Assembly (NCBI RefSeq): GCF_006345805.1
Contig: NW_021832450.1
Span: forward strand, 1-30,600
Length of the DNA: 30,600 nucleotides
Source: Octopus sinensis
Taxonomy: Eukaryota
Direction of reading: 5' to 3'
Shown: one piece after another, positions 1 through 9,814 of the stretch
How the letters are laid out: every line of letters begins with the position of its first letter
Position numbering within the stretch: position 1 is the stretch's first letter
Translations under genes and position numbers: made by a program
The notes under the pieces: generated by a model
Databases searched by the model: none
Told to the model about the DNA's origin: nothing
Seen by the model: the letters and a program-made list of their open reading frames with translations, nothing else

Positions 1-560
1 GCCTCGCTGGTTAAGGCATTGATTAGACAGCCAGACTGGATTTTTAGCATTTAGATCTCCGCAGATTATAATATTTTTGATAGACATGATAGCGGCGAGG
101 GAAGGAATGTAGCCTCTGGAGCAGCTCGATGGAGGAGGAATATAAATGTTTGCAATTGTGTATGGTGTATTGTTAATCGAGATAACGATTGACGTGTGTT
201 CGATATGGGGGTCTTGTGATATCAGTTCGCGGGTAGAGTGGGTAGAGTCAGTGAAAGGGATAGATTTGTGGATGAGAGTTAACAGGCCACCCCCATTTGA
301 GCCATTATGGCGGTCAGCCCGGATAGTTGAATAGTTTTTGAATTTTGGAGTTGGTTTGCAAGGGGAGAGTCTTGTCTCTTGAAGCAGTGCGATGTCAATG
401 CGATGTGCTGAGAGAAATGAGTACAGTTCGAGGGATTTACGGGAGACTCCATTTATATTCAGTTGGAGTAGTCTTAATTGTCTTGAAGGTCCTGGATTCT
501 TCTCAATGTCACCGCACAAGGGAAGGGGACCATGGGAGCGGGAGCTTTGTGCTCGCTCAA
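1..560 (-). mobile_element. APE-endonuclease region of a non-LTR retrotransposon (I/Ingi-like group); open frame runs off the left edge of the window
   Basis: Not in the ORF track. The minus strand reads without a stop from ~560 to 1: RQLRLLQLNINGVSRKS...DIALLQETRL...RADRHNGSNGGGLLTLIHKS...IANIYIPP...IICGDLNAKNPVW...NQRG. These are the canonical APE/EEP motifs (NxNG, QET, GGG, YxPP, GDxNA). The upstream junction with the CRE element lies at ~545-575. Confidence 0.9.
487..519 (-). other. 2A-like (StopGo) ribosome-skipping motif LCGDIEKNPGP, in frame immediately upstream of the APE domain
   Basis: Minus strand ttg tgc ggt gac att gag aag aat cca gga cct matches the D(V/I)ExNPGP consensus exactly and lies 3 codons before RLLQLNING. 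Confidence 0.85.
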
Positions 561-569
561 TTGCAGCCA

Positions 570-2208
570 AAAAATCGGGGTCCAGCAGGGAGATCCCCTG
601 GGTCCTGTCCTTTTTGCCTTGGACGTTAACAGTATCGCTCACTCTGTTCGATCCCCAGTTAATATATGGTATCTGGATGACGCAACCATTTGCGGTCCCC
701 CCGATGCTGTTTTTGACGACCTTCGTTCTATCCTCCCTTCCCTCTCGGACATTGGCCTATCTATAAACGCCGATAAATCCGAAATCGTGAACATTGCCTT
801 AAATCCGAGTGACTTCACTGCTTCAATTTCCACGTGCCGAGGCATTCTCTCAGATGTCCGGATTACGGACAAATCAAATCTTACGATCCTCGGTGCCCCC
901 ATGGGGCCTTCTGCCCTCGAATGCTCACTCTCTGGAAAAATTTCCCACTTATCCAAAATGATCGACAAGCTTAAAGTCATCGAGCCTCATGTGGCTCTTT
1001 TCCTTCTCCGAAACCACTTTTCCGTCCCTAAGATCCTTTACACCCTAAGATGCGCACCCTGCTTTCAAAGAGGCGACCTTCTTTCCGACCTTGACAATAT
1101 CCTCAGGCTCGGTACGAGCTCTCTTTGCAATCTGGCTTTCGACGATCCAGGTTGGACTCAGGCATCCCTGCCTGTACGCTGGGGCGGCCTTGGCTTGAGA
1201 TCCTATTCCGATCTTGCCCTCCCGGCATTCCTATCCGCTCATCACGCTTCTCGTACTCTCTCAGACATCGTTCTTAGAAACCTCCCCGAACGGAAATGTC
1301 TGAAGTTTACTCTGCAGCCCGTGGTCGGTGGGAGGCTCGGTTTGGTTCGAAGCTGCCCAATTCTCAATCTGCACAGCGTCAATGGGACGAAATCTCTTGT
1401 CAGGCAATCTTCGAAGGCCTGCTTCCTGTCTCCAATCAACACCGTGTCGCTTGCCTCCGTGCAGGTCGCTGTGAAGGCAGCGGTGTCTGGTTAAAGGCTC
1501 TCCCTCTCCCTCCCATCGGAACCTGTTGGACAAGGAATGCTAAGAATTGCAATCTCCCTCCGTGTCGGGCTGAAAATCTGCCAGACGCACAAATGCCGTG
1601 TGTGGGGGAACTGTTGACGAGTACGGTTTGCATCCCCTCGCTTGCCGACGGAGTGCCGTCGTGCCCCCCGTCACAGTGAACTCAACTCAGTCATACAGAG
1701 AGCCCTCGCTCAGCAGGCATCCCGTCAATCCTTGAACCTGTTGGATTGGATAGAGGGGATGCAAACGCCCTGACGGCATGTCCACCTTCCCCTACGAGCA
1801 GGGGAAATCCCTTATTTGGGATTCTACCTGCTCGGACACGTTTCGCTGGGAAATCTCGCTCTGTCCGCCGCCAATCCTGGGCACGCTTCCAGGCAGGCCG
1901 AGGAGCGAAAGATTCTCAAGTACGGCCACCTCTCCAACTCGCTGCTCTTTACTCCAATTGCCGTGGAGTCCTCCGGGATCTTCGGTCCCAAGACACTCCG
2001 CTTCCTTCGCTCGCTCGGTCGACGGATTTCAAGGACTAGTCACGATCCAAGAGAGTTTCTTTGCTCCTGGAACGTCTGTCGATTGCTGTGATCCGAGGGA
2101 ACGCTTCGCCATTCGCGAGGTGGTCGGGTGTCTCGTGAGGCCTTTAATTAACTTAGCTATCTTTAATTTCTTTCTTGCTTTCAGAACATAAATTTGCAAA
2201 AAAAAAAA
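570..2208 (+). mobile_element. 5'-truncated CRE-clade-like non-LTR retrotransposon (RT, CCHC finger, restriction-like endonuclease), frameshifted after ~1285
   Basis: RT motifs GVQQGDPLGP (577) and WYLDD (~667), and QASLPVRWGGLG. Downstream, in shifted frames: C-CG..HPLAC..RH zinc finger, RPDG...WDSTC RLE motif and PIAVESSG. Stop TGA at 2136-2138; A11 tail at 2198-2208. Confidence 0.88.
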
Positions 2209-2210
2209 TT

Positions 2211-2392
2211 GATTAGAGATAAGAGGTCCCCTTTCAACATCTGTGTCGTGCCAGATGCACTCGTCGCCTCACGGGTGGGAACAGTGACAAGACTTGACCT
2301 TAACTGGAAACTTGCGTCCTTCGGGATAGAACCCACGACCTTTGTATTCCGACATCCAAGCATAGTCTTCAGCCCCGTTTGCTAAAGAATGA
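2211..2392 (-). mobile_element. tRNA-derived SINE (degenerate)
   Basis: Minus strand has an A-box-like TAGCAAACGG (2384-2375) and a B-box-like GGTTCTATCCC (2333-2323), followed by a body whose 30-nt core recurs at 8869-8897. Confidence 0.55.
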
Positions 2393-3111
2393 TTATTAAT
2401 AGAGACGCATTATTTGGTGGTCTTGAATAGATTTTAAACACATATATTCTGAACTGGCTTTGAAACCGTATACATAATACAAAATCTATTAATATTAAAA
2501 AACAAAGTTAGTTACTAACTAGACTAAGTGGCTCAAGGTTAGTCGAGAGTTAAAAGTCAGCTCCTTTTGACACATAGGCCTAGCACTAGCGAAGCTGGGT
2601 TGCTTCAGGTCTTGGGTAGCATCGTCTTCGAAAAAGAATCCGCATTTATTAGAACATCAACATCCGTTTATAGTTCATATAAAAACCTCACACTAAAGAA
2701 TATTTAGATATTTGTTAAATAGCATGGAAATGTATCGCAACGTATCATTTCAAATTGTTTCGGAATTCTAAATAATGATGATGTGAAAAATAAATCAGAA
2801 GATAGTATACCTATAAAAAGAACAGGTATTTTTGATCCGCTAACTGAAGTAGTTTCAGTCGTGAAACGAGCTGGCTTTTTCAGCGGATATCGTTCGCGAT
2901 ATTACATGGAAATTGCCTGTACATCCGCTCTGTGATTCATCTAATTTAGTTAACTTCTCTTTTCTTCTTGTAGAAAATATAAGCTCCGAACGAAAAAAGT
3001 TTCTTCGAAAAATTGTCGATTTTATTCTTTGATTGGCCATTTCTCAAATTGGCTAACAAAATTGAAGGAACCAAAATGGCCAATTTGAGAGGGATTTAAT
3101 TAATTAATAAT

Positions 3112-3935
3112 AATAGTAAAAAGATTTAACCGAAAGTCCATACAAGGCAGTTCTGGTTGGGATTGTACGATACGTGCCTGTACCGATCTTACTCTGAGGC
3201 ATACAAATATTGGAAGACATTGGAAGCAATATTTTAACCATTTTTGCAGAAATATTATTCCTACTACTAGCTTGTCCAGTACAACAACACACAATCCTGG
3301 CCTGAATCACTAATTGTGATTCATTTCTCTCATATTTGGTATTCACATTGAAAAGAGGATTATTCTAAGCCAGTAGTGACAAAATATAACTAAGAGGGTG
3401 ATTCGATAGCTCATTAACTAAAACTCTCCATCAGGGGGGATAAATTGGATCACATTCTGCCTCTCAAAATCAGCCAAGGAGACACACTAGTGAACTTGAC
3501 GTCCTCCAACATGACAGAATCTTGATTAGGGAATCACACAATCAACCAAATTAGGCCTCTGTTCTCCATTTTAAAACAAAATGACAGTTCAGGCATTCCA
3601 GTAAGTTGAGTTTAAGCAGTCCTGTGCCGTAGTTACGCACAAACATTCCCATTTGAGTTGATAAGGACATTACTCTTCTCAACAACATTCAAATAGCACG
3701 TGTTGTTGGAGTACTAGTGTCCTCCAACACGGAATCTCTCACCGAAGTAAAATATTACGGGTCGGTGATTTGGGGGATTCCTGACGAGTTCTTCTATAGT
3801 TCATAAATCAATTGGCAGTTATCAATTTCCGCAATGTCGGTAAAATCACGGAAATAGTGTTGGAATACACATATTATAGGAATTCAAAGCACATTGCTGT
3901 ATTTGTGTTGGTGTGCGTGAGGACGACGACCAGGG
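3112..3935 (-). pseudogene. AP1M: Clathrin adaptor AP-1 mu subunit pseudogene fragment, both ends missing, tiny introns retained
   Basis: Across shifted frames: MCFEFL, IYEL..GIPQITDP, YLNVVEKSNVLINSNGNV, TGMPEL, LEDVKF(H*)CV, IQFIPPDGEF*LMSYR, YNPNQNCLVW. Several stops and frameshifts. GT-AG introns of 23 nt (3622-3644) and 26 nt (3365-3390). Confidence 0.8.
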
Positions 3936-4819
3936 GTGATATTGTCATATTACAGTAATAATTATTGTTTTTTATATATAATTAATATATCTTTTTCGCA
4001 TCAGAAGAGAATTAAACCTGGACCTAGGAAATTCTTCTTTATCTGAAATTTTGAAAAATAACGGGAAAATAGTGAGAACTCAAACACTTTCTATAGACAG
4101 GCTTCTAAAAATTTACTCAAAACAGAAAATTCTAAATACTTCCGGGGTCTACGAAAAATTATTGTGCTCAACAAATAGACTTATGTCGAAGCTTAAAAAA
4201 TGCTCAACAAATAGACCTAGACAAGACATTCTCAACCTTTTTGTTCATCGTCCCCTTGAAATTTTATCGTCCCCTTGTCCGCATACGATTGAAAAATTTT
4301 TGTGCATTATCCATTAATTGGTTGTTTTTTGTATATAACTCAAAAATCAAAATATAAATCAATGTAAAAAAAAAAATAGAATTTTTATCAAAATGAACTG
4401 GAAGATCTATACCTGCGCTCCTACGATTACATCCGCGATCTTAAAGCAAATGAATCAAAAAGACAAGATGAAAAAGTAAACATATTTTCCTCAAACTTTC
4501 CAGAATGATCACAAACTACTGCAAATACTCAAGATCAGCAAAGATTCTCCCTCCGTCACAAGACTATTATTTACCTTCGTGATAGATGTGGAATACAAAC
4601 AGACAATAAATTCCCTGCGATAAGAAAATATGAACTTGAGGATTGAAAAAAATCATTTTAATCAACTCCATATCTACAACCCAGTTCAAATCCTACCCAA
4701 ATATTTCATCAAAATAAACACAGGTCGAACAAGTCAGAGGTTTTTTATTTCAAAAACCAAGTTCTCTTCTATCTCGACCTGCTAGTTAGGGAATCCCAAA
4801 CTCAAAATTTTGAAATAAA

Positions 4820-4860
4820 AGGAGGATACAAAAAAGGAAGAAATAAAACGACCATCAATC
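4820..4860. repeat. 41-nt dispersed repeat, copy 1, flanked by a 5-bp direct repeat ATAAA
   Basis: aggaggatacaaaaaaggaagaaataaaacgaccatcaatc; matches 9773-9814 except for one extra T there. ATAAA at 4815-4819 and 4861-4865. Confidence 0.8.
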
Positions 4861-5552
4861 ATAAACTCCCTACTCTCCCAAACCGTCGTTAATGCCAAAC
4901 ATAAAAACCGGAAACAATAGTTTGAAGAAAGTGCGCATCTTTGAACCGACGACCTAATTCAGGAACCCAAAGAAATTTTGACAAAATCTTTCAGCAAGAA
5001 AAAAACAGAGATCTTCCCCTAGCCCTATCTAACGATTAGCTAAAATAAAAAAAAACTCTTTACTAAAATAAAGTGTGTCCCGGCTGTGCAAGCTATGGCT
5101 TTGCGGAAAGTGCATTTTTTTAAAAACTGAGTACAAAGGTAGAAATGTTAAATAGTCCAGATGACTTTGAGTTTGAGTTTAAGACAGTTTTTTATTTGTA
5201 AAAAGTCAAAAAAATGAATTTCGACTTTGATAGACGTTTAGTGATTACATAACTTGCAGTCTTTGATGTCACCCACGCGAACAATTATGAAAGAAGACAA
5301 GACTTGGAAGTAATGTTAAAGTTGGAAATACTTTCTTTACGATGTTTTGTGACATGATCCCATCTCTATAAACGTAATTAGTTTTTTTAAAAAGAAGAAA
5401 AAATCATTTAGAATACTATTTAATTAATCCACACTATTATTTTAGATGAAAAAAACGGTACAAAGAAAAGACAATCCTCGCCTCGGGAAAATATCGTATA
5501 GCACGAAAATATTGTGGAAATTTATTAGTCAAGTTAATGTGTTAATGGAGCA

Positions 5553-7060
5553 TTATGCAGCACATATTTGGTTAGATTCTACTATTGGTGGATTTGATTC
5601 ATTTTCAATACTGGGTGGCAATTCTACTTTGGAGTCCTCTTGAATCAATTTTTCTGGAAAATTCCATTTGAAGATGGATCCATCAGCAGCGACAGTGACA
5701 ATGTACTTAGAGTTGGGACATATTTTGACTTTAAGAATACTACTGCCATGTCCTCTCCCTTGAGAGAGGACAGTCCCTTTATGATAGGACCATAACTAAG
5801 ACATGTTGGGACAGGTCACCTTGACTAATTTGTCGTCCCCAGCAGTGACAAAGTACCTGCCACAACAGGAGACATCCATTCCATTAATATCCCCGTCGTC
5901 TTAACTGATAACCTGTCTGATGGCTGATCCATCATAGACCTCCCAGTAGCCGACTTATCTGTCCGTCCCCACTGGCAATAATCTGGACTTGGTTGTAGTC
6001 ATAGCACAGACAAGGAAGAGTGTAGTGGCAAATATTATTTGTTTCCGGGCAAATCGACTGAATGGTTAACCACACCTACTCCAAGTCCCACACAATACAA
6101 GTTCCGTCTTTGCTCGATGAAATGGCCTCTCTGTCGTCGCTTTTTATTTTTATGCAGGTCACGGAGGCTTTGTGTTCCTTCAAAGTCACCAACAGACTTT
6201 GCCAGTCGGAACTGATTTTCCAAACTCGGACTTGCCCTTCGCCTACGAGATAAATCAGTCCCCAACCTCCCCCAGATATGATTTTTCCGGCTCCGTCATT
6301 CCCGCCAAGGCTGTCACCCCTTGGCTGTGACAGTTCTCCATTGTGAATAAACTTCGGCCTGTTTTCGGGTAAAATCCGCGGATTCTTCCGTCGTTGAAAC
6401 CGCCGAGAATACAATTCCCACTGGCAGTGACAACCACACATTGCAAGTCATTGTTGGGACTTGTATCCTCAGTAACTCCTTGTTTTCCTCGGTCAGCCAC
6501 ACTCTGATAGTCTCGAACGAGCACGCGAGGAATAAATCAGACAGAATCTTACAGTTTTTATACCAAATATTACGGCGCAAAAGTTATGTCATTTATTGGC
6601 CTTTGGTGGGTCGTGTTGAGTAGGTCACAGTTGAAGGACGTGTAGGTCACTCGATACACGTGTCCTATCGAGGTTCCCACGTACATTTGGTGGCCTACTC
6701 CCCCGCAATGAGATCGAAGTTATCTTTTTTGGAAGATCAATTTGTCTTGAATTTTATTTTGTTTGATTACCGTATTTTTGAATATGCTTTGCTTGTTTGT
6801 TCGAATTCCACCAGTTTTCCATCCCCCGTCCCAACAATCAGGTTCCTTGATTTGAGGACCGCCAAAGAAGTCACTCCGAGACTAAATTTGTCCTGCCGCG
6901 GGAAAATTCCATTGAAGGTAAAGTCCCAACATCCACCACGAGTATATCCCCAGTTGTTGTCCCACAATAAATTCTGTTAATACCAATTCCCCCTTAAATA
7001 TTTATTCTTGCCATAACAACCGCATGGAGATGATCGATCGTCTGGAGAATTGTACCTTTT
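5553..7060 (-). pseudogene. CFAP52: CFAP52/WDR16 (axonemal WD40 protein): C-terminal two thirds, multiply frameshifted
   Basis: YCGTTTGDIL..DKFSLGV, ITSISLRG.GHQ, ELLRIQVPTMTC, FNDGRIRGF, LKEHKASVTCI, SKDGTCIVWDL, YWEVYDGSAIR, GDINGMDV, YIVTVAADGSIFKW, then TAA at 5555-5553. At least 6 one-base indels and 2 in-frame TAA (5955-5957, 5901-5903). Introns of 22-26 nt. No N-terminal homology seen beyond ~7060. Confidence 0.9.
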
Positions 7061-8849
7061 TTGCTACGTGACGCATTACCATATATATTTCGAGATAAGG
7101 TGGTTAAATCGAAATGTGGTTTTGAAGAGATGTTTTTTTATTTTTGATAAGTTCATTGAAATTGGAGCAACCAATCCTTTTATGTGTGTAACGAAATTGT
7201 ATGTGTTCCCGGAGTTTTCACGAAGTTACAAATACCACATGTGTGTGTAAATTAGTTTTTCTTTAAAAATATTAGCTGTATTTTGATTATTTATTATCTG
7301 TTTTTTTGTGTTCTTTTTCATTTCAATAGCGTACTGTTTTAACTAAACCTGACCAGGATGTAATTGTAATAAGGATATAGTTCAATATTATTTAAATCGC
7401 TTATTTGATTATTTATTTTTTAAAATGTGGTTTGTTGTGTGTTATGCCCGTGCTATACTATTTTTTTTGAGAATTTTAATCAATTTTTTTAAGATGAGAT
7501 TTTAAATTTTGCTTTGATTGTATGCGAGGTTGGTTGTCCATTGGGTTGTCATTGCTGTTTTGTGTCCGTATTGGCTTTCTAATGGATTTGTGTCCGCCGG
7601 TGCAGTGTTGCGAGATCCTCTAGGTCAAAACAGCAAGAGGGTTGGAATTCATTTATTTTTGCAAATACTTACATAGAATGAGTGATTCTAAAAAGATCTT
7701 TGAAAAATTTTAATTTTGGTTAGTTTTGGGGATATATAACTATGGGATATAAATTTACACAAAGAAAGGAATAAAGAATTAATCAAAAACTGCTGGAATT
7801 TTTAAAAATATCAAAAACCGGCATAGAGAAATCCGGGAGTCTGTCCACAAAAGAAATAGCCTCTGAATGTAGACTTTGGCTTAGCATAAGAATGGGGGTG
7901 GACAAATGAATAAGGACAAAGGTAAGGGTGAAGTGGGTGAATAATTAACAAAAGTAAAATAAAAAAATACGAAAACTAAATAAAAAATACCAAGAGAAAA
8001 GAAGCCCAACCACAACAGAATAAAAACTGCCACAATGAAACAATGTTAAACAATTTTTTCCCTTTTCTAACGGTCCATAAACTAACTTGTTTTTAAAAAA
8101 ATATTTACATCGTTTCAATTACTTTTTTGAAAAAATTTATGTAATTTTTTTAAGGCTATATATCTTAGGTGCAATTAAAAGTAGTAAGGAGCCTAAAACC
8201 ACACAACCGCAGTTTCCGCGGAAACGACGACCGAGATTCGCTAAAAGAGCCAGTTCGTCTCCTTCTGTTGTTTTTTTCAAGATTCTTTTAACAATTCAGT
8301 GAGGAGTTGAGACCGGCCTCGCCGACAATTCCTGAGGTTCCGAATACAAGGGGGGAAAACTCAAAAACGTCTGAATACACAAGTCCCAAACCATTATTGT
8401 TAATTACTTTTTAATACGTTTAAATGCACCTTCCTCATTAGTTTTTAACATTGACATAATTGTTGGACATTTTAGCTGCTGAGGCTGCAAAATTTGAGAC
8501 AACTAAAAAGAAAGACAATACTTATGGCCGCTGTCAAAAACATTGGTTTCTCGAATTTTCGGCCGATTCACATATCCATTGCATACCAATGATATTTTGA
8601 ATCAAAAAAATTTTGGAAAAAAGATCTTTCAGTTGATAGTGGAGGTGCGAAGTCTAGTAGTTCATTGTGTTCGAGTGACTGATGCCTAAGTTGAAATGTA
8701 GTTGTGTATTAGTCTGAACATAGTTGATCTGTTTTTTGGGGAAGGTATTTTTAAAGGGGTCTTAATTTTTTCCCAAGAATTACGATAATTTGACTTTTGT
8801 TTCTTGGCAGAGGAACACATAACGTCACGCTAAGACCGGAAGGAAAGTG

Positions 8850-8935
8850 AGAGATCCCCATTTTTCAACTGTGTCGTGCCAGAAGACTCGTCGCCTCGTG
8901 AGCAAGAAACGATAACGAGAATTAACCAAGTCTCC
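8850..8935 (-). mobile_element. SINE-related fragment sharing the central core of the 2211-2392 element
   Basis: ctgtgtcgtgccaga-agactcgtcgcctc (8869-8897) versus ctgtgtcgtgccagatgcactcgtcgcctc (2241-2270). The flanks align more loosely over ~85 nt. Confidence 0.55.
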
Positions 8936-9061
8936 ATGAGAGGAAGATAGTGGCTATATTTTGATTTTAGGCAGTTGCTTAAAATGGAAATTTTAAATGG
9001 TTTAAATCAAATCAATAATTTAAAATTTTTATTTCGTTTATTTGTTTGTGGTGCAGTATTT

Positions 9062-9586
9062 ATGGACTATACAGCAATCATTAGTTTTTCATCTTTTTTA
9101 AGTTCAATTCTCATTGCCGTTTTATCCTTACTCCAAGTAGGAGCACAGCTAACATTTTTAAGGCCAGCAACTTTGAAGACCTTTGCAGAACTACACGAAT
9201 GTAATCGATCATTGTAACTTTACAAATAAAGTATATTTTCTACATTTTTTACATTTAGCTTCTTATTTTTGAATATGTTGCTCAATTTATCCTAACCATA
9301 TTCTGGCTATTTACAGGAGTCATTACTTTCAACTGCCTTCAATATAGCAATCTCGGCTTATAATTTTGAGGGTCAAAATGATGATTTATTACAAACAGAT
9401 ATCTAAAAAGACCCAAATGTCTGGATATGGGTTATGATTACGTAACGTGATGAACAATGACGTCAGCAGTTATGCATTCGGGAGGGCTACATTAAGATGG
9501 CCACATATGGACTGAGTGCCATTCTTTTGCTCATGTTATACGAGGTTGTATTGAACTTTAGGTTTGGTCTTTCTTGTGCAAATTGA
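9062..9586 (+). pseudogene. CNIH: Cornichon (CNIH) homolog, full length but with five one-base frameshifts
   Basis: Reconstructed: MDYTAIISFSSFLSSILIAVLSLLQ | ASNFEDLxQNYTNVIDHCNFTNK | LLIFEYVAQFILTIFWLFTG..LSTAFNIAISAYNF | YLKRPKCLDMGYDY..VMNNDVSSYCIREGYIKMATYGL... This parallels cornichon FDEL..DY.N.IDQCN.LNP/PEY/YDP/KEG..KLA. Three short GT-AG introns (26-28 nt). Confidence 0.8.
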
Positions 9587-9772
9587 ACTTATTTCGGTGA
9601 TAATTAAACTTTTTTTATATCATTCTTTCTTTTTATATCATTGAAACTGATTTTAGTAATTAGAGGTCTAAAAACACAAAAAATTGAATAAACTAAATTT
9701 ATCGTCATTTTAGTCAAGTTTTGACTTTATCATAAACAGGTCATTAATATGGAATTTCGCCTCTCCGACGGA

Positions 9773-9814
9773 AGGAGGATACAAAAAAGGAAGAAATATA
9801 AACGACCATCAATC
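9773..9814. repeat. 42-nt dispersed repeat, copy 2, flanked by a 6-7-bp direct repeat GACGGA(A)
   Basis: GACGGA at 9767-9772 and 9815-9820 brackets the same unit found at 4820-4860. Confidence 0.8.

Noticed and set aside
532-1494. The 320-aa ORF as a complete gene
   Set aside because: Its ATG lies in the antisense strand of the neighbouring APE element, and its last ~65 residues are out of frame. It is a slice of the truncated CRE ORF.
2320-2392. tRNA gene
   Set aside because: The A and B boxes are degenerate, no cloverleaf can be built, and the sequence continues into a repeated body, so a SINE head fits better.
2586-2606. Second Helitron 3' end (GAAGC/GCTTC stem next to CTAGT on the minus strand)
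   Set aside because: The stem is only 5 bp with a 6-nt loop and lies 1 nt from the CTAG, which is atypical spacing. Chance is plausible.
2870-3090. ZMYM1-type hAT transposase remnant (ERKKFLRKIVDFIL*LA) and a 12-bp inverted repeat with CCAAT (3042-3053 / 3079-3090)
   Set aside because: A single weak motif with no supporting DDE residues or TIRs. The inverted repeat has no TSD and no second copy in the window.
4390-5550. Possible gene fragments with intron-like 24-28-nt segments (NELEDLYLRSYDYI...; MNFDFDRLFDVTH...)
   Set aside because: No recognisable homology, and the frames close quickly.
3112-7060. Alternative genetic code (TAA=Lys, TAG=Glu), suggested by DR*VGYWE in CFAP52 and GEF*LMSYR in AP1M
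   Set aside because: Other in-frame stops fall at Ser- and Gln-equivalent positions. The intact genes (S6K, VPS13, PITHD1) have no exonic TAA or TAG, and S6K terminates at TAG.
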